NCBI GenBank assembly: GCA_035943935.1
Contig: DASZBR010000017.1
Span: forward strand, 61,794-125,793
Length of the DNA: 64,000 bases
Source of the DNA: Gammaproteobacteria bacterium
Lineage (GTDB): Bacteria > Pseudomonadota > Gammaproteobacteria > DASZBR01
Reading direction: 5' to 3'
Under the pieces are notes generated by a model that saw only the letters and a program-made list of their open reading frames with translations, did not search any database and had not been told where the DNA came from. Positions 51,804 to 61,719 of this stretch are shown piece by piece. The position numbers and the translations under genes were made by a program. Position 1 is the stretch's first letter. Every line of letters begins with the position of its first letter.

Positions 51804-53036
51804 TTATTTTTTAATTTTGCTGTATCCCATCGCCACACTGCTTGCTAAGAAAAATAAACTGCCGGTTAATATAGGCACAAAAGCGCCCCAATTTGCTAGT
51901 AACGCTCCACCAAATCCCATAATTGCAAAAGCGGCTGAACCAATCGCATTGGTAATTCCCATCACCCAGCCTTGTGAATTTTCATCGACTTGATTGGAAA
52001 ATACGGCCAACAATGTCGAATAGGGCACAGCAACACTCATGCCTATCGGAATCACTAATAACCAGACAACCCACGCAGTGGTTGTTAAAGAAATAATCAG
52101 GCTAATTAATCCGCATAAAAATAAAGAGGCCACAATAACTTTTTTGGTTGTAAAGTGATGCGTGACCCAATTAACGATAAACGCAAAGCCTGTGCCAAAT
52201 CCAATCGCCATCGATGCCATGTAGAGATTTACACCCGTAGAGTGATATCCCAATACTTTTGTTAAAAATAAGGATATGAAGGAATACACACAGGCCCAAC
52301 CCAATAACATTAAAAATAAGACAAACGATAAATAACGGACTTTATGATTTTGAAAGGCTGAAATAAAGATCTCAATGGCTCGATGAAATTTTAAATGAAT
52401 TTTTGTGCGCTTCTTAAAGGTTTCTTTAAAGAGCCAAATTAATAAGAAAGCGTTTACTAAAGAAATAAACGCGGCAAAATATAGGGGTGTAGAGTAGGTG
52501 AAACCTGAATAAATTTGTGGGCTGGAGAAAAATCCGCCACACATGGGACCAAATAAAAATCCGAGTGAGGCAAACATTAAAATTAAACCAATGTTACGCG
52601 CTTTCATATCCGGTTCGCTGATATCAATAATGGCGGCTTGTGCAATGGCTTGGCTACCTGCGGTAAATCCTGCAATCACGCGACCAATGATCAAGAAGGT
52701 AATGCTGTGCATTCCGACGGCAACGGCCGAAATCAAATAGCCTAAAAAAGCCCCAAATAAACAAATCACTAAAGATTTCTTGCGTCCAATTGCGTCAGAT
52801 AAATCGCCTAAATACGCTGCACCAAAAAACCACGCCAACATAAAAATGCTGACCGTAATGCCAAACAATAAATTTCGGGTGTGTGATGAGACATCGCCAG
52901 GTAAAAAATGATTATGGGTTCCTATAAATAGGCTGTTTAAAATGGGAAATAATAATCCCAATCCCATGCCGTCAATAAAAATGGCCAGAAATAACGGTGA
53001 CGCTTTGGCAAAAAAATGCGCGGATTGCTTAGTCAT
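51804..53036 (-). CDS. MFS transporter (drug/H+ antiporter-like, 12 TM)
   Basis: Motif A-like GDLSDAIGRKKSL; hydrophobic throughout. Start uncertain: I chose the ATG at 53036 (MTKQSAHFF); the track gives 53069. Confidence 0.8.
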   Translation of the reverse strand: MTKQSAHFFAKASPLFLAIFIDGMGLGLLFPILNSLFIGTHNHFLPGDVSSHTRNLLFGITVSIFMLAWFFGAAYLGDLSDAIGRKKSLVICLFGAFLGYLISAVAVGMHSITFLIIGRVIAGFTAGSQAIAQAAIIDISEPDMKARNIGLILMFASLGFLFGPMCGGFFSSPQIYSGFTYSTPLYFAAFISLVNAFLLIWLFKETFKKRTKIHLKFHRAIEIFISAFQNHKVRYLSFVLFLMLLGWACVYSFISLFLTKVLGYHSTGVNLYMASMAIGFGTGFAFIVNWVTHHFTTKKVIVASLFLCGLISLIISLTTTAWVVWLLVIPIGMSVAVPYSTLLAVFSNQVDENSQGWVMGITNAIGSAAFAIMGFGGALLANWGAFVPILTGSLFFLASSVAMGYSKIKK

Positions 53037-54375
53037 GTTGAAATACTCGTTTATAGATAGAAATAGCACGTTGGCGTGAAGTCGAGAGATCCACTATAGG
53101 GGCCCAATAATTACTTGTCAAAGCCTCTGGGCAGTACTTCTTAATAAAAATGAATTCAGGATCAAATTTTTCTGTCTGAGAGAGAGGGTTAAAAATACGG
53201 AAATAGGGTACCGCATCTGTTCCTGTTGACGCAGCCCATTGCCAACCGCCGTTATTTGCAGCGAGATCGCCATCGATGAGATGTTGCATGAAATATTTTT
53301 CACCCCAGCGCCAGTCTATTAATAAGTTTTTTGTGAGAAACATCGCGGTGATCATTCTGAGTCTATTATGCATCCAACCGGTTTGATTAAGCTGTCGCAT
53401 GGCTGCATCAATCAAAGGAATGCCTGTTCTACCATTTTTCCAGGCCTCAAAATGGTCCCGGTTATTTTCCCACGGAATTCGTTCGGTAATTAATTTCAAC
53501 GGTTTATGCATACATACGCGGGGAAAGTTTTTCATAATATGTTTATAAAATTCACGCCATATTAATTCTGATTGCCAGGTTTCATGCCTGGAAGATTCGC
53601 GTGCTTTTTTAAAGCAGGTTCGAATAGAAATAATCCCTGACGCTAAATAGGGTGAAAGCTGACTAGTGCCATCCAGACTTGGGAAATCCCTGTTTATTTT
53701 ATAGTTTTCGAGTTTATGGGAAATAAAATCAGATAATTTTTTATGGGCTATTTTTTCGCCCACGGGCCAGTGTTTATTTTCAGAAATAGAGGGCAATGGT
53801 GTGTGTGGGACATCTAATTTTACCGCTATTTTTTTTGGTTTGGGATGTACAATAATTTCAGTTTGATTGAGCTTGTTTAAAAAAGAATTTTTGAACGGAG
53901 TAAATACGGTAAAGTATTTTTTTTGTTGTGTCAGGACTTCGCCCGGCGTGAAAATAACCTGGTCAGTATAATTTTTTATGTATATATGGTTTTTTTCAAA
54001 GAGTATTTTTATAGCCTGATCGCGACGTAATTCATCTAGCTCATACTGGTCGTTAAAATATAAATTATTTATTTTATGTTTTTGCGAGAGTTTTAATAAA
54101 AAATCTGGGATTTCTTTTGGCTGTAAAACAGTATGAATTATCAGCGGAATGTTAAGCTCGGTTAGTTCTTCTTGAAGTGCGTGCAGTTGGCGCAAAATAA
54201 AATTTTGGCGAATCGGCGCCATATCATGATTCTGCCATTCTGTTGGATTGATTAAGAAGATAGCGATTAAACCATCATTACTTGCAAGACTTGCATTATA
54301 AAGTGCCGTGTTGTCGCGCAGTCGCAAATCATGTTCACGAAACCACATGAGATTACGCATAAAAGCTTTTTTCAC
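53029..54375 (-). CDS. phrB: Deoxyribodipyrimidine photolyase / cryptochrome family protein
   Basis: N-terminal LMWFREHDLRLRDNTAL; C-terminal FAD-binding WREFY, TGIPLIDAAMRQL, GWMHNRLRMI, DGDLAANNGGWQW. Start uncertain (54375, 54360 or 54348). Confidence 0.9.
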   Translation of the reverse strand: MKKAFMRNLMWFREHDLRLRDNTALYNASLASNDGLIAIFLINPTEWQNHDMAPIRQNFILRQLHALQEELTELNIPLIIHTVLQPKEIPDFLLKLSQKHKINNLYFNDQYELDELRRDQAIKILFEKNHIYIKNYTDQVIFTPGEVLTQQKKYFTVFTPFKNSFLNKLNQTEIIVHPKPKKIAVKLDVPHTPLPSISENKHWPVGEKIAHKKLSDFISHKLENYKINRDFPSLDGTSQLSPYLASGIISIRTCFKKARESSRHETWQSELIWREFYKHIMKNFPRVCMHKPLKLITERIPWENNRDHFEAWKNGRTGIPLIDAAMRQLNQTGWMHNRLRMITAMFLTKNLLIDWRWGEKYFMQHLIDGDLAANNGGWQWAASTGTDAVPYFRIFNPLSQTEKFDPEFIFIKKYCPEALTSNYWAPIVDLSTSRQRAISIYKRVFQHD

Positions 54376-55237
54376 CCACAGGTCGACTTTTAAACCGTTT
54401 GTATTGCCATATAAATTGCTCAGGGTGTTCTGAGATAACTTTTTCTAGCCATTGATTGATACGCAGTGTATCAGCATAAACATCTCCACTGGGAAAATTA
54501 TCGAGAGGTTCGTGAAAGATTATATCAATGCCTGTATTGTCTTTTCGTCGACAATAATAACCTGGAATGACAATACAATCTGTCATTTCTGCAAAACGTG
54601 AAGTCGCGGTAACCGTCGATGCAGGAATATTAAAAAAGGGTACAAATAAACCTTCTTTTCCGGCATCAATATCGGGTGTATATAAAATGGTTTTATTGTT
54701 TTTCATGGCTTTGACGAAACTGCGTATCTCGTGACGTTTTACGGTAAATTCAAAACAGTGAGAGAGGGCCCGTTCGGTAATGTTTCTCAGAAAAGCATTT
54801 TTGGGCGGAAAATACATGCCACCGACGGGTTGAACTAAATTTAATAATCGTCCCACGAAGTGGACTGAACTTAAATGTGGTCCAAAGACTATTACGCCTT
54901 TTTTTTGTTTTAAAGCATTCTGCAGAATATGAAGATTTTGAATATGCGCTAATTTTTTCAGGCGTTTCGGGGATCCCCAAAAGCCAAACAGCGTTTCGAT
55001 CATGCCTTGGCCAGCAGAAATAAAGCTGTTTTTGATGAGTGTTTTTCGAGCAAGTAAATCAAGTTGGGGAAAACATTTTTGGATATTAATTTCAGCAATA
55101 CGACGTTCGCGTTTTGAAAAGTGAAAAGCAAGCCATCCAAAAAATCCGCCTATTTTCAGTTGAATCGCATACGGTAATTGTATAACTAACCATAAAATTC
55201 CAGCGAGTAGCCATAAGGGGAGATTAGAGAAGCGCAT
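54353..55237 (-). CDS. Lipid A biosynthesis (Kdo)2-lipid IVA acyltransferase family protein (LpxL/HtrB/MsbB type)
   Basis: 294 aa; N-terminal membrane anchor; RRIAEINIQKCFPQ motif typical of late acyltransferases. Confidence 0.75.
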   Translation of the reverse strand: MRFSNLPLWLLAGILWLVIQLPYAIQLKIGGFFGWLAFHFSKRERRIAEINIQKCFPQLDLLARKTLIKNSFISAGQGMIETLFGFWGSPKRLKKLAHIQNLHILQNALKQKKGVIVFGPHLSSVHFVGRLLNLVQPVGGMYFPPKNAFLRNITERALSHCFEFTVKRHEIRSFVKAMKNNKTILYTPDIDAGKEGLFVPFFNIPASTVTATSRFAEMTDCIVIPGYYCRRKDNTGIDIIFHEPLDNFPSGDVYADTLRINQWLEKVISEHPEQFIWQYKRFKSRPVGEKSFYA

Positions 55238-56045
55238 CTTTTTCTGCCCATAGATTATTTAAGAAGCGTTGGAAGTCTCGACGGTATTCAGGATTATTTT
55301 CATAATCTCCGCGTAAATCATTGGTGATCGGAATTTCGCGGGCAATGACCGTAATTTTTTTAAGTTTGCCACGACAAAAATCCAAAAAATTATGTTTCTG
55401 ATCAGAATAAATAATCGTCACATCTAATAAAGATTTAATATTATCACCCATGTGTTGAAGCGCTATGGCCATACCACCGGCTTTCGGTTTGAGGAGATGA
55501 ACATAGGGCGATTGTTGTTTTGCGCGTTTCGCTTCCGTAAATCGCGTGCCTTCGGCAAAAACCATGAGACTTCCTGGATTTTTTTTGAATCGCTCGCAGG
55601 CTTTTCGGGTAGATAAAAGATCCCGCTGTTTCCATTCGGGATGTTTTTTAAGTTCTGCTGAGGTATGGCGGTACAAAAACGGAAAGCCATAGATCCAGCA
55701 AGATAGTCCCACAAAAGGTAACCATCTCAATTGCTGTTTCAAGAAGAATTTCAGCATCGGAATACGGCCAGAAAAGACATCAAACAGGACCAAAATATCT
55801 GCCCAGGACTGGTGATTCGCCGTGACTATATATGATTTCTCAGTGCTTAATCCCTCTGGAAGTTGTATGTCGAGCGTGGTTCGGGTAGTCCACCGTAAAA
55901 TAGCCCTGTTCACATTAGCCCAATAAAGGGGCATGGCAATGACGAAGCGTTTGACCGGCGGAAAGACATAAGAAAAGGGAAAAGCGACTAAAACAATCAA
56001 ACAAGAGACAATAATGTTCAGCGCATACAGCAAAAACCCCGGCAT
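55224..56045 (-). CDS. Acyltransferase of the PlsC/YihG (1-acyl-sn-glycerol-3-phosphate acyltransferase) family
   Basis: HX4D motif ANHQSWADILV; FAEGTRF motif; N-terminal TM. Confidence 0.75.
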   Translation of the reverse strand: MPGFLLYALNIIVSCLIVLVAFPFSYVFPPVKRFVIAMPLYWANVNRAILRWTTRTTLDIQLPEGLSTEKSYIVTANHQSWADILVLFDVFSGRIPMLKFFLKQQLRWLPFVGLSCWIYGFPFLYRHTSAELKKHPEWKQRDLLSTRKACERFKKNPGSLMVFAEGTRFTEAKRAKQQSPYVHLLKPKAGGMAIALQHMGDNIKSLLDVTIIYSDQKHNFLDFCRGKLKKITVIAREIPITNDLRGDYENNPEYRRDFQRFLNNLWAEKDALL

Positions 56046-56107
56046 ACGTTACGCTTCCCCCGTCTATTAAGCTATAATCTGCAGTCTAACACGAACTGAG
56101 AGTACTT

Positions 56108-57556
56108 ATGACTCCCTCGAATGAGGCTATTCACCAGATTATCGATAAAGAGTATCAACACGGTTTTGTAACAGATATCGAATCAGATACTTTTCCTCCG
56201 GGCTTAAACGAAGACGTCGTGCGAGCTATTTCGGCCAAAAAAAATGAACCGGCCTTTATGACGGAGTGGAGATTAAAAGCATACCGTCATTGGTTAACGA
56301 TGAAAGAACCGCATTGGGCACATGTGCAGTATCCTAAAATAGATTACCAAGCCAGTAGTTATTACTCTGCACCAAAATTAAGTGATCGACCTAAAAGTTT
56401 AGATGAAGTCGATCCGGAATTATTAAAGACCTATGCAAAATTAGGCATTCCCTTAAAAGAACAAGAAATGCTCGCGGGTGTCATTGCGGTCGATGCGGTG
56501 TTTGATAGCGTATCGGTTGCAACAACCTTTAAAGAAAAGCTTCACAGTGTCGGAATTATTTTTTGTGCGTTCTCTGAGGCGGTTCAGAAATATCCTGAAT
56601 TAATTCAGCAATATTTAGGCACCGTAGTTCCCTATACAGATAATTTTTATGCCAGTTTAAATTCTGCCGTATTTAGTGATGGATCGTTTTGTTATATCCC
56701 AAAGGGTGTTCGATGTCCGATGGAATTATCCACGTATTTCAGAATTAATTCAGCGATGACGGGTCAATTTGAACGAACCCTTATTATTGCCGAAGAAGGT
56801 AGTTATGTGAGTTATCTTGAGGGATGTACAGCACCGCGTCGTGATCAGCATCAATTACACGCCGCCGTTGTTGAATTAATCGCCCTAAAAAATGCTCATA
56901 TTAAATACTCTACCGTTCAGAATTGGTATCCAGGCAATAAAGAAGGTAAAGGCGGAATTTATAATTTTGTGACGAAGCGTGGTGATTGTCGTGAAGCCAA
57001 TAGCAAAATTTCGTGGACACAAGTTGAAACCGGTTCTGCAATCACCTGGAAATATCCCAGTGTTTTATTAAGGGGTGATAATAGCGTTGGCGAATTTTAT
57101 TCTGTGGCGCTGACCAATAATTATCAACAAGCGGATACGGGTACAAAAATGATCCACATCGGCAAAAATACAAAAAGCACCATAGTATCCAAAGGCATTT
57201 CTGCAGGCCATGGTCAAAATAGTTATCGGGGCTTAGTCAAGATTTTAAAATCCGCAGAGAACGCACGAAATTATACGCGATGCGATACGTTATTATTAGG
57301 CTCACACTGTGGTGGTCATACGTTCCCGTATATGGAAGTTAAAAATGCAACGGCAAAAGTTGAGCATGAAGCGACGACGTCTAAAATTGGCGAGTCGCAA
57401 TTATTTTATTGTCAACAAAGAGGTTTATCAGAAGAAGATGCGGTCAATATGATCGTCAACGGCTTTTGTAAACAAGTGTTTCGTGAATTGCCTATGGAAT
57501 TTGCAGTTGAAGCACAGAAATTGTTAGGCATCAGTTTAGAAGGGGCCATAGGATAA
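56108..57556 (+). CDS. sufB: Fe-S cluster assembly scaffold SufB
   Basis: 482 aa, typical SufB ([17 protein letters not shown]), first gene of sufBCDS. An exact TATAAT lies at 56073-56078 in the divergent intergenic region. Confidence 0.95.
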   Translation: MTPSNEAIHQIIDKEYQHGFVTDIESDTFPPGLNEDVVRAISAKKNEPAFMTEWRLKAYRHWLTMKEPHWAHVQYPKIDYQASSYYSAPKLSDRPKSLDEVDPELLKTYAKLGIPLKEQEMLAGVIAVDAVFDSVSVATTFKEKLHSVGIIFCAFSEAVQKYPELIQQYLGTVVPYTDNFYASLNSAVFSDGSFCYIPKGVRCPMELSTYFRINSAMTGQFERTLIIAEEGSYVSYLEGCTAPRRDQHQLHAAVVELIALKNAHIKYSTVQNWYPGNKEGKGGIYNFVTKRGDCREANSKISWTQVETGSAITWKYPSVLLRGDNSVGEFYSVALTNNYQQADTGTKMIHIGKNTKSTIVSKGISAGHGQNSYRGLVKILKSAENARNYTRCDTLLLGSHCGGHTFPYMEVKNATAKVEHEATTSKIGESQLFYCQQRGLSEEDAVNMIVNGFCKQVFRELPMEFAVEAQKLLGISLEGAIG

Positions 57557-57558
57557 TC

Positions 57559-58299
57559 ATGTTAGAAATTAAAAATTTATATGTTTCAGTCGAACAAAAA
57601 GAAATTTTACGCGGCATTAATTTAATCATTAAGCCGGGCGAAGTGCATGCCATCATGGGGCCGAATGGTTCAGGTAAAAGTACCTTAGCGAATATCTTAG
57701 CGGGTCGAGCAGGTTATGAAATTACCCAAGGCGAAATTTTATTTCAGGGTAAAAATTTATTGGATTTATCTCCTGAGCAAAGAGCGCATGCCGGATTATT
57801 CTTAGGCTTTCAATATCCGGTTGAAATACCCGGTGTGAGCAATATTTATTTTTTAAAAGCGGCGTTGAATGCACAACGTAAAGCGAGAAATCTTCCCGAA
57901 GTCGATGCCATGGATTTTTTGACTATGGTTAAAGACAAAATGAAATTATTAGAAATGGACGAAGACATGATTTACCGTTCCCTGAATGAAGGATTTTCAG
58001 GCGGCGAGAAAAAGCGTAATGAGATTTTACAGATGCTTGTTTTAAATCCGTCTTTGGCTTTATTAGACGAGACTGATTCTGGTCTAGATATCGATGCGTT
58101 AAGAATTATAGCTTTGGGTATCAATGGCCTCAGAAATAAAGACCATTCTATTTTATTAATTACGCACTATCAGAGATTATTAAATTATATTAAGCCAGAT
58201 AAAGTGCATGTTCTGACGGACGGTAAAATAGTACTTTCGGGTGATGCGCAATTGGCGCTTGAATTAGAATCAAAAGGCTATGGTTGGGTAGAAGAATGA
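57559..58299 (+). CDS. sufC: Fe-S cluster assembly ATPase SufC
   Basis: Walker A GPNGSGKST, signature FSGGEKKR, Walker B LALLDETDSGLD. Confidence 0.95.
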   Translation: MLEIKNLYVSVEQKEILRGINLIIKPGEVHAIMGPNGSGKSTLANILAGRAGYEITQGEILFQGKNLLDLSPEQRAHAGLFLGFQYPVEIPGVSNIYFLKAALNAQRKARNLPEVDAMDFLTMVKDKMKLLEMDEDMIYRSLNEGFSGGEKKRNEILQMLVLNPSLALLDETDSGLDIDALRIIALGINGLRNKDHSILLITHYQRLLNYIKPDKVHVLTDGKIVLSGDAQLALELESKGYGWVEE

Positions 58300-59315
58300 A
58301 TTTGCCGACATTACCCACAACGCGAGATGAAAATTGGAAATATACGGATTTGTCAGTATTAGCATCTAAGCCACGTGTTTTTACTCAAAACAAAATCATT
58401 ACTTTTAAAAATCATACCCAAAAGGGTATTGTCATCACGCCATTAACTATTCAGCCTGAAAACTCTCTCGATACATTTGAAAATCTAAATAAAAAGTTTA
58501 ATACGGAAAATTACAGCATCACTATTTCTGAAGATTTGGCTCAGCCCTTAGAAATTATTTATACCGCTCAGGGTGATGAGTGGCATCAGCCGAGAATTAA
58601 AATTATTGTAGAAAATAATATTGCCGCTACTATTATAGAAATTTTTGAGAGTAATATACCCAGTATTATAAATGCTGTTACAGAAATTGAAATGAGTTCT
58701 GGATCAAATTTGGCTTATTATAAAATTCAAGCTGAACATATAAACACTTTTCATATTGGCCGAACGCATATTACTCTTGATGCAAAATCGCATGTTCAGG
58801 CTTTTACTTTATCTAAAGGCTCGCAGTTGGCGAGAAGTGATATATTTGTTACGTTCCAGGGTGAACACGCCAGCTGTGATTTATACGGCTTATCTTATTC
58901 TAAGTCTCGCCAACATCTGGATCACCATACAGTTATAGACCATGCAGTCGGACATTGTACCAGCAATGAATTTTACCGCAGTATTTTAGATGATAAATCA
59001 CGCGTGGTATTTAATGGCAAAGTGATTGTTCGAGAGGGTGCTCATCAAACAGAAGCGAATCAATCAAATCATAATATTTTATTATCTTCAGAGGCTGAGA
59101 TTGATACCAAGCCAGAATTAGAAATTTATCATGATGATGTAAAATGCACGCATGGCGCGACGATTGGTCAGCTCGATGACGAAGCGTTATTTTATTTGCG
59201 ATCCAGAGGCTTAAGTGAAGAAGCATCGAGAGACATATTAATTCAAGCCTTTGGTAATAAAGTTTTACAGTGTATTTCAGATGAGCAATTGCGAGAACGA
59301 TTATGTCAGTATTAA
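58296..59315 (+). CDS. sufD: Fe-S cluster assembly protein SufD
   Basis: SufB/D beta-helix family. The track start at 58284 is TTG; the ATG at 58296 overlaps the sufC TGA (ATGA). Confidence 0.85.
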   Translation: MNLPTLPTTRDENWKYTDLSVLASKPRVFTQNKIITFKNHTQKGIVITPLTIQPENSLDTFENLNKKFNTENYSITISEDLAQPLEIIYTAQGDEWHQPRIKIIVENNIAATIIEIFESNIPSIINAVTEIEMSSGSNLAYYKIQAEHINTFHIGRTHITLDAKSHVQAFTLSKGSQLARSDIFVTFQGEHASCDLYGLSYSKSRQHLDHHTVIDHAVGHCTSNEFYRSILDDKSRVVFNGKVIVREGAHQTEANQSNHNILLSSEAEIDTKPELEIYHDDVKCTHGATIGQLDDEALFYLRSRGLSEEASRDILIQAFGNKVLQCISDEQLRERLCQY

Positions 59316-60538
59316 CGTCTTCTGATATTCAAAAAATTCGCCAAGATTTTCCTATATTACATACTAAAGTTCATGGTAAGTCGTTAGTCTATTTTGATAA
59401 CGCAGCGAGTGCACAAAAGCCAAAAGCTGTGATTGATGCAATATCACATTGCTATGAAACCAGTTATTCAAACGTTCATAGGGGTGTGCATTATTTAAGC
59501 GAAAAAGCATCGAAGATGTTTGAAGACAGTCGTGATGTTGTAAAGAATTTTATCAATGCCAAACATCGCGAAGAAATTATTTTTGTGCGTGGCACAACCG
59601 AAGCTATAAATTTAGTCGCGCAAACCTATGGTAGAACCAATATTAAATCCGGCGATGAGATTTTAATTACGACGATGGAACATCATTCCAATATAGTCCC
59701 CTGGCAAATGTTATGTGAACAAACAGGCGCTGTATTAAAAGTCGCGCCTATTGATCATAACGGTGAAATAATTTTAGAAGAATTTTATAAATTATTATCA
59801 GCTAAAACTAAATTGGTTGCTGTTGTATATGTTTCTAATACATTGGGGACCATTAATCCCGTAGAGCAAATTATTACCGCTGCGCATGCAAAACATATAC
59901 CTGTATTATTAGATGCCGCACAAGCGGTTACGCATATGAGCATAGATGTCCAAAAACTAGATTGTGATTTTTTGGCTTTTTCAGGACATAAACTTTATGG
60001 CCCGACGGGGATTGGTGTTTTATATGGCAAAAAACAATATCTAGAAAAAATGCCGCCTTATCAGGGTGGTGGTGAAATGATTAACCAGGTAACGTTTGAA
60101 AAAACAACTTATCATGTCATTCCGCATAAATTCGAAGCCGGTACGCCAGATGTCACGGGAGCAATAGGCTTAGCGGCAGCTATAAAATATATCAATAATA
60201 TTGGCTTGGATAATATTAAAAATTACGAAGCTGAATTATTAGCTTATGCAACAACTGAAATTTTAAAATATCCGGATATTAAAATTATTGGCACAGCAAA
60301 ACATAAAGCCAGTATTGTAAGTTTCTTGTTTGACAGTATTCATCCGCACGATGTGGGAACTATATTGGATCAAGAGGGCATTGCAGTCAGAACAGGTCAT
60401 CATTGTACGATGCCATTAATGAATTTCTTTAAGGTTCCTGGGACATCTCGAGCGTCTTTTGCTTTTTATAATACTGTTGAAGAAATCGATGTTTTTATTA
60501 AGTCTTTAAATAAAATCAAGCAGGTGTTTCATGTCTGA
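59303..60538 (+). CDS. sufS: Cysteine desulfurase SufS
   Basis: 411 aa; PLP-Lys FSGHKLYGPTGIG; active-site RTGHHC. Confidence 0.95.
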   Translation: MSVLTSSDIQKIRQDFPILHTKVHGKSLVYFDNAASAQKPKAVIDAISHCYETSYSNVHRGVHYLSEKASKMFEDSRDVVKNFINAKHREEIIFVRGTTEAINLVAQTYGRTNIKSGDEILITTMEHHSNIVPWQMLCEQTGAVLKVAPIDHNGEIILEEFYKLLSAKTKLVAVVYVSNTLGTINPVEQIITAAHAKHIPVLLDAAQAVTHMSIDVQKLDCDFLAFSGHKLYGPTGIGVLYGKKQYLEKMPPYQGGGEMINQVTFEKTTYHVIPHKFEAGTPDVTGAIGLAAAIKYINNIGLDNIKNYEAELLAYATTEILKYPDIKIIGTAKHKASIVSFLFDSIHPHDVGTILDQEGIAVRTGHHCTMPLMNFFKVPGTSRASFAFYNTVEEIDVFIKSLNKIKQVFHV

Positions 60539-60977
60539 TTTAAGAGATCTCTATCAAGAAGTTATTATTGATCACAATAGAAATCCGCGAAATTTTGCTA
60601 AATTAGACAATAGCACGCATGAAGCCGAAGGTTTTAATCCCTTGTGCGGCGATAAATTAAAATTATATTTAATTATAAAAAATAATATTATCGAAAAAAT
60701 TAATTTCGAAGGTTCAGGTTGTGCGATTTCTACAGCCTCAGCGTCACTCATGACAGAACATTTATTGGGCAAGACAGTTGAAGAAGCTGAAAAAATATTT
60801 AAATTGTTTCATGATTTTATGATTACGGATATTTCTACGGTGAGTACTGATCTGGGGAAATTAAAAGTATTGGCAGGCGTAAGAGAATATCCTGCTCGTG
60901 TAAAATGCGCGACATTAGCGTGGCATACTTTAGAGGCTGCACTTCATCAACAAAAAATACCAGTTTCAACGGAGTAG
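60531..60977 (+). CDS. sufU: SufU/IscU-like (NifU N-terminal type) sulfur-transfer/scaffold protein
   Basis: 148 aa; NPLCGD, GSGCAIS and VKCATLAW motifs. Confidence 0.8.
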   Translation: MSDLRDLYQEVIIDHNRNPRNFAKLDNSTHEAEGFNPLCGDKLKLYLIIKNNIIEKINFEGSGCAISTASASLMTEHLLGKTVEEAEKIFKLFHDFMITDISTVSTDLGKLKVLAGVREYPARVKCATLAWHTLEAALHQQKIPVSTE

Positions 60978-60981
60978 TGTG

Positions 60982-61308
60982 ATGGCATACGGCAAAAAAG
61001 AAATGGCAAAAATACATGAAGATATTATTGCTATGCTCAAGACCATTTATGATCCAGAAATTCCCGTGAATATTTATGATTTAGGTTTAATCTACGATGT
61101 CATTGTTGATCCTTTAGGTAATGTCGACGTAAAAATGACATTAACGGCTCCAGGTTGTCCTGTTGCACAAACATTTCCGGGCACAGTTGAAGATGCCGTA
61201 AAGAGTGTATTGGGTGTCAATGACGCGAAAGTCGAATTAGTCTGGGATCCACCGTGGACACAAGATCGTATGACAGATGCAGCGAAATTGCAGTTGGGAT
61301 TATTATAG
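60982..61308 (+). CDS. DUF59 (SufT/PaaD-like) Fe-S assembly accessory protein
   Basis: IYDPEIPVNIYDLGLIY ... MTLTAPGCP motif. ATG at 60982, preferred over the GTG at 60979. Confidence 0.75.
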   Translation: MAYGKKEMAKIHEDIIAMLKTIYDPEIPVNIYDLGLIYDVIVDPLGNVDVKMTLTAPGCPVAQTFPGTVEDAVKSVLGVNDAKVELVWDPPWTQDRMTDAAKLQLGLL

Positions 61309-61352
61309 GGTATTGTTACGCCTGTTCTTAAACAGGGAGTCAAGGAGAAATC

Positions 61353-61565
61353 ATGCTTAATCTACCTTCAAATATCGGTAAACGTGAAAAAATGGTTCGC
61401 GGAATTCTTGGTGCATTAGTCATTGTTTTTGCAATGATTAGCCCGGTGTTAGTCATGCTCGTCGGTATCCTCTTAATTGCTGAAGCTTTCGTGGGTTATT
61501 GCGGTATTGTTCAGCTTATCGAAAAATTCAAATTGGATGCAGATAAACCAGTCATCAATAAATGA
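61353..61565 (+). CDS. DUF2892 (YgaP-like) small membrane protein
   Basis: 70 aa, two TM helices, RGILGALVIVFAM...AEAFVGYCGI pattern. Confidence 0.6.
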   Translation: MLNLPSNIGKREKMVRGILGALVIVFAMISPVLVMLVGILLIAEAFVGYCGIVQLIEKFKLDADKPVINK

Positions 61566-61596
61566 TACTGGTGGGTCAATGCCCCACCTCTACTGA

Positions 61597-61630
61597 AAAG
61601 GCGAGATAATCTCTCGCCTTTTTAGTTTTT
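61597..61630 (+). terminator. Rho-independent terminator of the suf cluster
   Basis: 10-bp stem AAAGGCGAGA / TCTCGCCTTT with a 5-nt loop, followed by TTAGTTTTT. Confidence 0.7.
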
Positions 61631-61719
61631 AAGCCCTCAACGCCTGTTAGCACAGCTCCCCAAAACCCCTTTTTTTGATCTATACCTTATATATAGAGAG
61701 TTGTTCTATGGGGGTGGGT

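Noticed and set aside
56046-56107. A regulator site (IscR, Fur or OxyR type) in the sufB divergent promoter region
   Set aside because: Only an exact TATAAT (56073-56078) with a weak TTACGC -35 is visible, and no recognisable palindrome. The evidence is not enough to call a regulator site.
61621-61670. Resemblance of gtttttaagcc and gctccccaaaa to the conserved 21-nt promoter block near 42564 and 44712
   Set aside because: Only partial matches of 10-11 nt, in the wrong orientation relative to the downstream gene, with no adjacent TTAA-N7-TTAA. Most likely chance plus the terminator T-run.
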